64,000 bases of DNA from an uncultured virus (IMG/VR IMGVR_UViG_3300007514_000623). Taxonomy: Duplodnaviria; Heunggongvirae; Uroviricota; Caudoviricetes. The stretch lies in the IMG/VR virus record IMGVR_UViG_3300007514_000623. One strand, 5' to 3'. The notes beneath the pieces were generated by a model, which was not told where the DNA came from, searched no databases, and was given only the letters and a program-made list of their open reading frames with translations. Made by a program: the position numbers and the translations under genes. This document shows positions 1-7,797 of this stretch, one piece after another. The first letter of the stretch is position 1; each line of letters begins with the position of its first letter.

Positions 1-345
1 GGTGGCGGTTTTCGTAACCTAGAACGCATACCACAAAATTTACAGTACAATATAAGACATGAACCTAAATTGCGATTATTTCAAGCATTAGGAACTGAAT
101 TTACTCAACTGGAATGTTACACTACATTCAATATGGGTATTGGGATGATTTTGATAGTGAAACCCGAAGGACTAGATACGGTCTTAGAGATATATGATGG
201 TGAAGCACAAGTATTGGGTATGGTAACGGAATCAGATAGACCTAGAGTTATAGTGAACACTATGGAACTTGGAACTAGTGAACCCTATCCAGAAAAAGAA
301 GAAACAAAACAACAACAACTTGAATTTTCATTAACTGATAATTAG
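1..345 (+). CDS. purM: Phosphoribosylformylglycinamidine cyclo-ligase (AIR synthase), C-terminal part; 5' end lies outside the window
   Basis: Frame 1 is open from base 1 (GGGFRNLERIP) and contains the PurM C-terminal motif TFNMGIGMILIV; next to purC. Confidence 0.88.
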   Translation, partial: GGGFRNLERIPQNLQYNIRHEPKLRLFQALGTEFTQLECYTTFNMGIGMILIVKPEGLDTVLEIYDGEAQVLGMVTESDRPRVIVNTMELGTSEPYPEKEETKQQQLEFSLTDN

Positions 346-355
346 GAGTTATACA

Positions 356-1129
356 ATGAATACACAGGATATGCTATCTGTTAGAGATGGCGCAGAAAAA
401 CCTAAATACGAAGGTAAAGCAAAACAAATATTTGAAACATCTGATCCTCATGTATATCGTATGGTATTTAAGGATGATATAACAGCGGGTGATGGAGAAA
501 AAAAGGACACGCTTCCAAATAAGGGAAAACTGAACCAAACTATATCCAAAAGGATATTTGAGTATTTGCATGGTTGCCCCACAGGACGATATGATACTAA
601 GATCAGTACACATTACATATCTTCACCATCTGTTAATACTCAACTAGTGAAGCGATTAGAGATTATTCCAGTAGAAGTCATAATTCGTAATTTTGCAGCT
701 GGATCATTTTGCAGACGATATGGAATTGAATCGGGAAGAAAATTCCATAGTCCATTATTGGAGTTATTTTACAAAGATGACGATTTGCACGATCCCTTAG
801 TAAATGAAGATGTAGTTGTTGAAATGGGTTGGTGCGATATTTCTCTATTGAAGGAAATCAAGAGACAAGCACATATACTGAATTATCATATGCAAGAATA
901 CTGGGCAAAACATGATTTAATCCTAGTAGATCAAAAATTTGAGTTTGGTCTGGATGATGATGGATATGTCATGTTAGCAGATGAGATTACTTGTGATAGT
1001 CAACGACTATGGGATAAAGATGGCAAGTCATTGGATAAGGATGTATTTCGTAAAGGGAATGACATGGATAAGGTATCAGACGTTTACAATTATATCCATG
1101 GCCTAATTGGTGCTGACTCAATAGCATAA
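356..1129 (+). CDS. purC: SAICAR synthase
   Basis: YEGKAK, FKDDITAGDG, IPVEVIIRN.AAGS, FYKDD.LHDP, LVD.KFEFG, LADEI..DS.RLWD, DKDVFR; SD AGGAG. Confidence 0.97.
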   Translation: MNTQDMLSVRDGAEKPKYEGKAKQIFETSDPHVYRMVFKDDITAGDGEKKDTLPNKGKLNQTISKRIFEYLHGCPTGRYDTKISTHYISSPSVNTQLVKRLEIIPVEVIIRNFAAGSFCRRYGIESGRKFHSPLLELFYKDDDLHDPLVNEDVVVEMGWCDISLLKEIKRQAHILNYHMQEYWAKHDLILVDQKFEFGLDDDGYVMLADEITCDSQRLWDKDGKSLDKDVFRKGNDMDKVSDVYNYIHGLIGADSIA

Positions 1130-1764
1130 TGGATATTAAGGAAGATATATGGTTTCCAACTGTTATATGGAAAACCGAGTTAACGGATATTGATACGTTA
1201 AAAGTCCGTGATTATATATTCGGTTTATATGGTGATGATCCAGCAGGAAATCTCAAATCGAATAGTGGTGGGTGGCAAAGTCATACAGGGATGATAGATG
1301 ATGAAAGGCCACCAGAGTTAGAAAAACTGATTGTGGGAATACAAGAGGCTGTTGATGCTATCGATATTAAATCAGGATTTGCTAAATTAAAGATATCGCA
1401 TTATTGGTTTAATATTAATGATACAGGACATAACAATATTACCCATCAGCATTTTCCCAGTATATTGAGTGGTGTTTTCTACATTGATATACCAAAAAAG
1501 GAAATGGGTAATATCTGTTTTTATAGAGATGATGATGCTGAGTATTATATACCAGATAAACCATCTTTTAATAATCGAACTGCTATAACTTCTATTGATA
1601 CAAGTTATGCTCCAAAGACAGGACAATTATTGCTATTTCCTAGTTGGGTGAAGCATGATGTCAAGAGGAATATGTCAGACAAATTAAGGGTATCAATGTC
1701 TTTCAACGTATTTGAAGAAACTGTTGTTAACAATCAGAGGAACACATGGACTGGCGACTCTTGA
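1129..1764 (+). CDS. Phage-type putative 2OG-Fe(II) oxygenase (TIGR02466-like)
   Basis: FPT.IW start, SN.GGWQS, W.NIN, H.H...LSGVFY, G.LLLFPSW..H.V, R.S.SFN. Confidence 0.85.
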   Translation: MDIKEDIWFPTVIWKTELTDIDTLKVRDYIFGLYGDDPAGNLKSNSGGWQSHTGMIDDERPPELEKLIVGIQEAVDAIDIKSGFAKLKISHYWFNINDTGHNNITHQHFPSILSGVFYIDIPKKEMGNICFYRDDDAEYYIPDKPSFNNRTAITSIDTSYAPKTGQLLLFPSWVKHDVKRNMSDKLRVSMSFNVFEETVVNNQRNTWTGDS

Positions 1765-1856
1765 TATTTTATCTTGCTCCTATTTATGTACTGATAATCT
1801 TTACCAAAAACCCGATTATGGATTGGGTAGAAAGATGGGCTAAGAATGGAAAATAG
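1746..1856 (+). CDS. Small (36 aa) single-TM peptide MDWRLLIFYLAPIYVLIIFTKNPIMDWVERWAKNGK
   Basis: Translated by eye; GAGG SD at 1737-1740; fills the gap between the two oxygenases; below the ORF-track cutoff. Confidence 0.5.
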   Translation: MDWRLLIFYLAPIYVLIIFTKNPIMDWVERWAKNGK

Positions 1857-2619
1857 CATGATTGATAAACTAGCAGTTGGTGCGAGGCATACTGCTGGTG
1901 ATGACCATTATTACAAAATAGATGACCATACTGTAATTAACACTATTCCTGCTCTTCATATATTGCATGGTAAAGCAACTAAAGAAATGGTTGATAATGT
2001 ATATCAGTATTTGGACGAAACCAATAACAATAAAGCAGATTCATCATTAGTTGCTAATATTAGTGGAGATCAATCTAATTTGAATGTTGAACATCCATTA
2101 ATGAAACCTTATATCGAGCGTCTTTTTCAATCTTGCGTGGATTATGTAAACATCTATAGTGAAAGCCTTCAGAGGGAATTTACAAATTCACCAGAAAGGC
2201 GTATTGAGATTGATACGTGCTGGTCAGTAAAAATGAACCCAGGCGACTTCAACCCACATCACTTACACCAAACAGCAAATGCATATAGTGGTCTTGCAAC
2301 TGTTTTCTATGTTAAAGTGCCTGATTGGATATATGAGAATATGCATGATGGAATGAAAAAGAGTGAGCAAGAACAAAATCCACAATATCAGAGAATGGAT
2401 GGTTGCTTGGAATTTTTCTGGAACAATCAGCAGACCTTAGACGATTTTCATGCAAGGGATAAGACAGCTGTTATTCCTAGAGTTGGGGATTATTATGTAT
2501 TTCCCAAGTGGTTATATCATACGGTGTACCCTTTTGGTGGTACTGAACAGCGATGGAGTGTACAAACCAATTTTAATGTTTTTACTAATGAGGAATGGAG
2601 TAGATATAGAAATGCGTAG
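1846..2619 (+). CDS. Putative 2OG-Fe(II) oxygenase
   Basis: W.V.M..GDFNP.H.H, FYVKVP, G.LEF, P.VGD..VFP.WL.H.VYPF, R.S..TN. Confidence 0.85.
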   Translation: MENSMIDKLAVGARHTAGDDHYYKIDDHTVINTIPALHILHGKATKEMVDNVYQYLDETNNNKADSSLVANISGDQSNLNVEHPLMKPYIERLFQSCVDYVNIYSESLQREFTNSPERRIEIDTCWSVKMNPGDFNPHHLHQTANAYSGLATVFYVKVPDWIYENMHDGMKKSEQEQNPQYQRMDGCLEFFWNNQQTLDDFHARDKTAVIPRVGDYYVFPKWLYHTVYPFGGTEQRWSVQTNFNVFTNEEWSRYRNA

Positions 2620-2770
2620 AGAACAAAAAGAACTGATAGACCCCAAAGAGCTTGATGAGGAATTCGAGCGTAAGAAGGACACCAGACCAGGCTGGAAGAA
2701 ATTACTTGATAGGATGCGGAGAGTTGATCCTACCCAATCTGAAAAGTACAAACAGAGGGTAGGAGAATGA
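2612..2770 (+). CDS. Hypothetical protein (probable start MRREQKE)
   Basis: 3' part of ORF 2450-2770; GGAG upstream; overlaps the previous stop. Confidence 0.55.
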   Translation: MRREQKELIDPKELDEEFERKKDTRPGWKKLLDRMRRVDPTQSEKYKQRVGE

Positions 2771-2973
2771 CATTGATGACTGAGCATATACTTAATGAGA
2801 AAATCGAGGCACTTGAGACAGAATTAAAGGAAGCTAAGAAACATATAGCATATCTTGAGAAGGTAGTTCAGAATTTCAAGAAGTACTTTGACTGTTGGCC
2901 ACGTTTTATAACTCAACTAGGAATCAAAGATGACAACTCCAAACAACAAGAAGCCGATAGAAAGGGGATTTGA
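2767..2973 (+). CDS. Hypothetical coiled-coil protein
   Basis: ATGA overlap, AGGAG SD, heptad-like pattern. Confidence 0.55.
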   Translation: MTLMTEHILNEKIEALETELKEAKKHIAYLEKVVQNFKKYFDCWPRFITQLGIKDDNSKQQEADRKGI

Positions 2974-3322
2974 AGATAACCAATACTATATACCGAGAGA
3001 GACATTTAAGGAAATACCCGAATGGAAACCACATTTTAACTATGCACACCCGCCCTTATTTACTGAGGGGCATAGATACGAACCAGCGGAAGCAATAGTG
3101 AGACATTATAAGCATAATAATTGGGATATGGGAATCAAGTTTGTCAATGAGGTATCAGAGGTTGCACAGAAATATAATCATCACCCTAAAATCATTATAA
3201 ACTATGACATGGTGAGTGTCCAATATTATACTCACACAAAATCAGGAACAATTACAAATAAGGATTTATGGATGGCAAAGAAGATAGATGAAATAATGGA
3301 GAAATACGAAACAAATGAATGA
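2930..3322 (+). CDS. phhB: Pterin-4-alpha-carbinolamine dehydratase family protein
   Basis: FVN.V...A...NHHP.I...Y..V.V...TH..G.IT.KD..MA..ID matches the PCD signature. Confidence 0.88.
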   Translation: MTTPNNKKPIERGFEDNQYYIPRETFKEIPEWKPHFNYAHPPLFTEGHRYEPAEAIVRHYKHNNWDMGIKFVNEVSEVAQKYNHHPKIIINYDMVSVQYYTHTKSGTITNKDLWMAKKIDEIMEKYETNE

Positions 3323-3641
3323 TATAGAGCTATATGAGAAAATCGAGGAATACTTCAAGGACTTGGTACGTCCTATTCTCAATGCAGATGGCGGCGATAT
3401 CGAACTCCTTGAAGTAACCGAGAAACGTGTTATCGTACAATTTAGTGGAGCTTGTGGTACTTGTCCTTCATCAGCTGGTGGTACACTCCGAGGTATTCAA
3501 AGAGGATTAGAGACTATTGACCCTGAGCTTAAAATTTTTCCCATAGAGCCCGAAATCTCCGCACCGAATACTGGACTACAACACCCATTCGGAGGAGAAA
3601 CCTACGCAGAAACCCTTAAAAGAAAGGAAAATACTAGGTGA
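3315..3641 (+). CDS. NifU C-terminal domain (Nfu-type) Fe-S cluster carrier
   Basis: VRP.L..DGGDIEL......V.V...GACGTCPSS..TL..I (CxxC). Confidence 0.92.
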   Translation: MNDIELYEKIEEYFKDLVRPILNADGGDIELLEVTEKRVIVQFSGACGTCPSSAGGTLRGIQRGLETIDPELKIFPIEPEISAPNTGLQHPFGGETYAETLKRKENTR

Positions 3642-3647
3642 AGCATT

Positions 3648-3992
3648 ATGAAAACCATATATCGTGGAAAAGGTGAAACCATAGTGAAAGAGGGAGAAGA
3701 AACGGATGATGCATATATCATACTGGAAGGTGAAATCGAAGTTACCAAGAAAGGTAAATATGTAGCAACACTAACAGAAAACCAGATATTCGGTGAAATT
3801 GCATTGGTAGATCAACGTCCTAGAACTGCAACGTGTACCGCAAAGACAGCTGTAACACTAGGACAAGTTACCAGAAGCAATTACACTACATTACTTAAAC
3901 AACGACCCGAAGCTATAAATCCTTTACTAAGGATTGTTACAGACAGGATGCGTAATTTAATGAGTATGGTAGAGGAGATTTCCAAGATATAG
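3648..3992 (+). CDS. Stand-alone cyclic-nucleotide-binding domain protein
   Basis: GE.I..EG....AYII..G.IEV, FGEIAL....PRTAT..A phosphate-binding cassette; no HTH follows. Confidence 0.9.
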   Translation: MKTIYRGKGETIVKEGEETDDAYIILEGEIEVTKKGKYVATLTENQIFGEIALVDQRPRTATCTAKTAVTLGQVTRSNYTTLLKQRPEAINPLLRIVTDRMRNLMSMVEEISKI

Positions 3993-3999
3993 GTCTAAA

Positions 4000-4434
4000 A
4001 TGTCCAGATCAAAAATCATCACCGAGATATTCTTAAACTCGGCAACCTATGCAACGTGTGATTCAATACATATATACGAAAGCATGAAAGATGAAGTTGA
4101 TACCCAATATATCATTAAGTACGCAAAGAGAGATGGAAAACAGCTGTTCTATCCTACCAAAGACCCCCTAAAACAACCCAAAGCGGATATAGTGATATGT
4201 CCTGGCCGTAAATTCGACAAACGAATGACCAGACACGGCAGAGGACAAGGCTATTATGATAGATTCTTACACAATACACCAAGCTTAAGGATAGGAATTT
4301 GTTACGAAGAACAAATGCATGATAGGATAGAGAGGCAAAAACATGATATTCCTATGGACTTAGTAATCACCGAGTTAGGAATATATAACAGAAGGATTTT
4401 GATAAAAAAAAGAGACATACCCTATTCCACATAA
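4000..4434 (+). CDS. 5-formyltetrahydrofolate cyclo-ligase family protein (compact)
   Basis: D.VI.PG..FD....R.GRG.GYYDRFL and HD..MD.V.TE motifs. Confidence 0.88.
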   Translation: MSRSKIITEIFLNSATYATCDSIHIYESMKDEVDTQYIIKYAKRDGKQLFYPTKDPLKQPKADIVICPGRKFDKRMTRHGRGQGYYDRFLHNTPSLRIGICYEEQMHDRIERQKHDIPMDLVITELGIYNRRILIKKRDIPYST

Positions 4435-4446
4435 GGTATGTCTCTT
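4404..4446. terminator. Probable bidirectional terminator between converging units
   Basis: 12-bp stem AAGAGACATACC/GGTATGTCTCTT with an A run on the left (U tract for the - strand). Confidence 0.65.
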
Positions 4447-4459
4447 ATAAACCAGTATT

Positions 4460-4666
4460 TTATTCACACCAATTCGGCATATAACGTGTGATTTTTACAC
4501 CTTTCTCCGTTTTAACACTCTCAGTACGAGCATCATTGTATCGTTTCTTCCAATTCTTTTCCCGCTTTTCCAGCTTCTGACCATTATTCTGTTTCTCAAA
4601 TACACTCAAAGCTGTCTCATATTGTTTATCAATACTGTATATTTTCCTGTTTCTAAACTTATTCAT
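4460..4666 (-). CDS. Hypothetical basic protein
   Basis: ORF with AAGGAG SD. Confidence 0.6.
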   Translation of the reverse strand: MNKFRNRKIYSIDKQYETALSVFEKQNNGQKLEKREKNWKKRYNDARTESVKTEKGVKITRYMPNWCE

Positions 4667-4830
4667 ACATTCTCCTTAGTAACGGTGTTTATCATACCTT
4701 GAACCATGCGATTGCGTTCTGCTTTATCTGCATACTTATAGCAATAGTATTGTCTTAGAAATTCATCTTGTGTATGGTTAGGCTCTACGATCTCTGCATA
4801 TTCTCTGATTAAATCCTTAATTGTTTTCAT
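4663..4830 (-). CDS. Hypothetical protein (55 aa, MKTIKDLIREYAEIVEP...)
   Basis: Translated by eye; GGAGG SD; ATGA overlap with the next gene. Confidence 0.6.
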   Translation of the reverse strand: MKTIKDLIREYAEIVEPNHTQDEFLRQYYCYKYADKAERNRMVQGMINTVTKENV

Positions 4831-4889
4831 TGGCCTCCCTTATAGGGAAATACTGCTCCGATTAGTGTTAGAATTGCGATAATTGTTAT

Positions 4890-5092
4890 CATATAGTGTG
4901 CCTTTCTTAGGAAATGTAGTGTATATAGTGTTGTTTGGCGTATCATAGTGTAGCGTTGTGTCGAAATGTGTCGAATTCTTGGCGTATGTTGGAGTATCTT
5001 AGGAACTATCGGACTTAGTGAGGACGCTGTAAATTTCAGATTTTTACAACGTCCGTCCGAGAATTCTCCGAGATTCTTGGAGTAATCTCTAA
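4890..5092. repeat. Strand-skewed non-coding tract of short direct repeats and palindromes
   Basis: ATAGTGT x3, TTGG(C/A)GTA x4, TGTGTCGAA x2, hairpin GGACG-TGTAAA...TTTACA-CGTCC (5022-5054), palindrome GAGAATTCTC. Confidence 0.55.
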
Positions 5093-5095
5093 TAT

Positions 5096-5434
5096 TCAAG
5101 CGTAATACTCCAGCATATCAACGTCAATTTCCTTAATGCTACCCACATAACCTTCAATTTCCCTGCCATCAGCAGTTCTATTCGTAGGGTATTGCGGAGT
5201 GCATAAGATTTTCTCCATACTGAACGGAGCAAACGTAACGTGGCAGGGATTCCAATAGTGCCTGGGGCCACCATTAACAATGTTATACAAACCCATAAGC
5301 TTCTTCTTACGGCTCGCACCATACGAAGTATAGATAACATTAGCAATAAAGCTTAGCGGCGAGTTGGGTTCAGCAGACAAAACTCTGTAAATATCTGCGA
5401 GTTTCTTAGGCATTCTCTTAGTAATCTCTGTCAT
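5096..5434 (-). CDS. Hypothetical early protein (start MTEITKR)
   Basis: AGAGG SD before ATG 5434, directly downstream of the sigma70-type promoter. Confidence 0.65.
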   Translation of the reverse strand: MTEITKRMPKKLADIYRVLSAEPNSPLSFIANVIYTSYGASRKKKLMGLYNIVNGGPRHYWNPCHVTFAPFSMEKILCTPQYPTNRTADGREIEGYVGSIKEIDVDMLEYYA

Positions 5435-5468
5435 AATGTATAATCCTCTATTAGTTATTAACAGACCC

Positions 5469-5501
5469 AGCTTACTACAATTCCAGAGATTTGTCAAGGA
5501 A
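5469..5501 (-). promoter_or_regulatory. Sigma70-type early promoter TTCC-TTGACA-N17-TAAGCT
   Basis: Exact -35, 17-bp spacer, same -10 as the promoter at 11389-11417. Confidence 0.75.
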
Positions 5502-5528
5502 AATCTGTGGCATCTCTGCATTTTCTCC

Positions 5529-5554
5529 GTAACTCCTTATAAATCAATGACTTA
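5529..5554 (+). promoter_or_regulatory. IHF-like site upstream of an early promoter
   Basis: AATCAATGACTTA fits WATCAANNNNTTR; the 26-bp element recurs at 11458-11483. Confidence 0.55.
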
Positions 5555-5747
5555 GCAGGCAGGCATAGTTAGGGGTAACTCCGAGGATTCTCCGAGAATA
5601 TTGGCGGCTTGGATACACCTGAGCGAATAGGCGGCGGGCAACAGTAAATAGGGGCAGGGGGTGGCCAAAATATGAAACCCTACACCGAGCAGAGTTTTCT
5701 CTATGTAAACCCAGCGACTACTCCACTCCTTCCACAAGAAAAAAAGC

Positions 5748-5824
5748 TGGTCGGGGAGAAAGGATTTGAACCTTTGACCCCTCGCTCCCAAAGCGAGTAC
5801 TCTGCCAGACTGAGCTACACCCCG
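5748..5824 (-). tRNA. tRNA-Pro (anticodon TGG), encoded CCA
   Basis: Reverse complement CGGGGTGTAGCTCAGTCTGGCAGAGTACTCGCTTTGGGAGCGAGGGGTCAAAGGTTCAAATCCTTTCTCCCCGACCA folds as a cloverleaf; anticodon arm CTCGC-TTTGGGA-GCGAG; T loop GTTCAAATC. Confidence 0.95.
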
Positions 5825-6075
5825 ATAATACTTAAATCAAAAAATTTCACCAGCAAATAATCTATCATATAGATCAGGCCGCTACTCGCCATACAGAACA
5901 CAAGAACCAGCAGTAAGCATTGGATGCTAACTCCACAGCAGAGACAAGCATACTGCCAGAACTTCATATCATGCGGTAACGTATTGTATTTGTAATAGTC
6001 TATCTCAGGCAATCTTCCTGTTTTCTTTCCCTTACCTACTCTTTTTGTCGCTGTAGTATATGATCTAACCTTCAT
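5815..6075 (-). CDS. Hypothetical membrane protein (C-terminal end overlaps the tRNA start)
   Basis: Basic N-terminus followed by a long hydrophobic, Cys-containing segment. Confidence 0.45.
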   Translation of the reverse strand: MKVRSYTTATKRVGKGKKTGRLPEIDYYKYNTLPHDMKFWQYACLCCGVSIQCLLLVLVFCMASSGLIYMIDYLLVKFFDLSIIGV

Positions 6076-6760
6076 ATTGATATTTCTTTCCTTTGTTTAT
6101 ATCGTATTGCGTTTTAAAGTCTTTATGTTTTACACATATAACCAGATGAACCCGAATGATACTGGAAGCATTGTATTGAGTATGTCTATTCATTACATTT
6201 GCGAACCAGCACTCTCCCTCTTGCATATGAAGCATCTCATCTTCTATGATTAAGCGATTAGGTTTGGCAGTTATGATGGGGATATGTATATTAGGTTGAT
6301 CGTCTTGATGCCAGTCTAAGCAAGTGTTTGGATAGGATTGTCTCAAACGAGCACGTCCTGTTATCATATCACCTTTTGAAGCCCAATCTTGTATTGTTTC
6401 GTAAACTTCATTGAAATAAGTTTGTTTGAACTCTGGTATTACCTCATTATATTCAAATTCTTTATGGTTTTCGTCCTTTTCCCAATTTGGATATGCCTTT
6501 GTATTGTCATTTATCTTTACGTTGTCAGTTCCTTCTGATTTTCCTAACCATACATAGTAAGATTGTGGCGTTGACTCCTGATTTCGTCTGGTTATGCATA
6601 GTTGATGCAGAATTACTTGGTCATTGAGCGGTTTTGGTTTCCTCATAGGTATATTTTCCTGTATATCTACAGGAAACGGTACTATTTTCACCACTTCTGC
6701 TAGTGCATCTTGGAGTTTAAGCGGGTCAAAATCGAATGGAAGTCGTTTAAAGTGTTTCAT
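6065..6760 (-). CDS. Aspartyl/asparaginyl beta-hydroxylase-like 2OG-Fe(II) oxygenase
   Basis: GR.RL....P..CL.WH.D....IHIPI.T, H...N....R.HLV. Confidence 0.8.
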   Translation of the reverse strand: MKHFKRLPFDFDPLKLQDALAEVVKIVPFPVDIQENIPMRKPKPLNDQVILHQLCITRRNQESTPQSYYVWLGKSEGTDNVKINDNTKAYPNWEKDENHKEFEYNEVIPEFKQTYFNEVYETIQDWASKGDMITGRARLRQSYPNTCLDWHQDDQPNIHIPIITAKPNRLIIEDEMLHMQEGECWFANVMNRHTQYNASSIIRVHLVICVKHKDFKTQYDINKGKKYQYEG

Positions 6761-6953
6761 CTTTGTAGTTTTGTCTCTCTAATAGTTCTCTAGGTGTTAA
6801 CATTGTACCGCACGTTTTACATAATAGGACTTCATCTGGAATATCCGCTACATATTCTATATCTATCGGGGAATCCATGAAGTTGATAAAGTTATGGAAA
6901 CCTAGATCGCAACGGCGGTCTTGAAATGACATATCGAATATGGATTTTTTCAT
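6747..6953 (-). CDS. Hypothetical protein, possible Zn-binding (C...H...CxxC)
   Basis: RCDLGFH and LCKTCG motifs. Confidence 0.55.
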   Translation of the reverse strand: MKKSIFDMSFQDRRCDLGFHNFINFMDSPIDIEYVADIPDEVLLCKTCGTMLTPRELLERQNYKDETL

Positions 6954-7459
6954 TATCTTATTCTTTTTCCGTGTTCATATTCTTTTTTTAACTTGAGATT
7001 GCCGTATTCATCCCATTCTTTATACGTTCCATGTCTTTTACCATGTTGATAGTGCTGTTCATTTTGTTTAGAACCGTCCAGACGATAGGATATATGTCTG
7101 CCATGTCTCTTTGCATCATAGTATTCCAGTTCATAATGAAGTTGGCCAGAAGGATACCATGCCTTTGAAATTCCATGACGTTCACCTAGTTTATAATGCT
7201 TCTGAAATTTTTTGAAACCAGAATCAGGATAAAAACCAACAGCCTCTCCTTCTCTTTCGCCCATGTTATAGTTATATCTGTATTGCAGTTTGCCGTCTGG
7301 ATTGTATTCAAATTGATGTCCATGCTTTTCATCATTGACAAAATGATATTCGCATTTGATATTGCCATTATCCCAATGGATTTTATAATCATACTCCATT
7401 ATTTCTTGCCTTTCTTCTTGGGGGGAGTCTGGACTTCGTTTTGTAATAGAATATCCCAA
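6953..7459 (-). CDS. MORN-variant repeat protein (YwqK-like)
   Basis: Repeated Y..G.RHG....WY..G.L units. Confidence 0.8.
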   Translation of the reverse strand: MGYSITKRSPDSPQEERQEIMEYDYKIHWDNGNIKCEYHFVNDEKHGHQFEYNPDGKLQYRYNYNMGEREGEAVGFYPDSGFKKFQKHYKLGERHGISKAWYPSGQLHYELEYYDAKRHGRHISYRLDGSKQNEQHYQHGKRHGTYKEWDEYGNLKLKKEYEHGKRIR

Positions 7460-7680
7460 GACTGTGTTAGGATTTGCGTGGATTCATCCGTGAAAAATTT
7501 TCCAACACCTTTACCCTTAGGCATAACATCCTGTAGCCATAGTAAAACAGCGGAATCATTCTTGACAATCAGTTCTCTAAACTTTTCAAGAGTTCCCCAC
7601 TTGTCAATTATCTTTTGGTCTGGTACATGGTATATGTACAAACTTTTTCTTTGCGTAATGGTCTGATTTAAAAGTTGCAT
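7399..7680 (-). CDS. Hypothetical protein
   Basis: ORF in the - strand gene run. Confidence 0.55.
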   Translation of the reverse strand: MQLLNQTITQRKSLYIYHVPDQKIIDKWGTLEKFRELIVKNDSAVLLWLQDVMPKGKGVGKFFTDESTQILTQSWDILLQNEVQTPPKKKGKK

Positions 7681-7681
7681 A

Positions 7682-7765
7682 TTATTTGTGCTTTCCTGTT
7701 ATATAATCATGGACTACCCATGCGGTTAAAATAATAAAGGGTATCATGTGAGTAAATATTTCCAT
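7682..7765 (-). CDS. Small (27 aa) hydrophobic peptide MEIFTHMIPFIILTAWVVHDYITGKHK
   Basis: Translated by eye; GAGG SD; directly downstream of the candidate ncRNA. Confidence 0.45.
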   Translation of the reverse strand: MEIFTHMIPFIILTAWVVHDYITGKHK

Positions 7766-7797
7766 AAAGAAACCTCGACTTTAAATGTTAAGGCAAA

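Noticed and set aside
1..4434. Host chromosome flank of a prophage
   Set aside because: Metabolic genes are interleaved with phage-type oxygenases and small ORFs, have the same composition, and no integrase or att site is visible.
4890..5092. CRISPR array
   Set aside because: Repeats are 7-9 bp, irregularly spaced, without spacer periodicity; no cas genes.
4827..5346. ORFs 4827-5099 and 5089-5346 (-) as real genes
   Set aside because: One spans the repeat tract and the other is an alternative frame of 5096-5434; no SD or protein-like features.
5552..5860. ORFs 5552-5791 (-) and 5672-5860 (+)
   Set aside because: They overlap tRNA-Pro and regulatory DNA; shadow ORFs.
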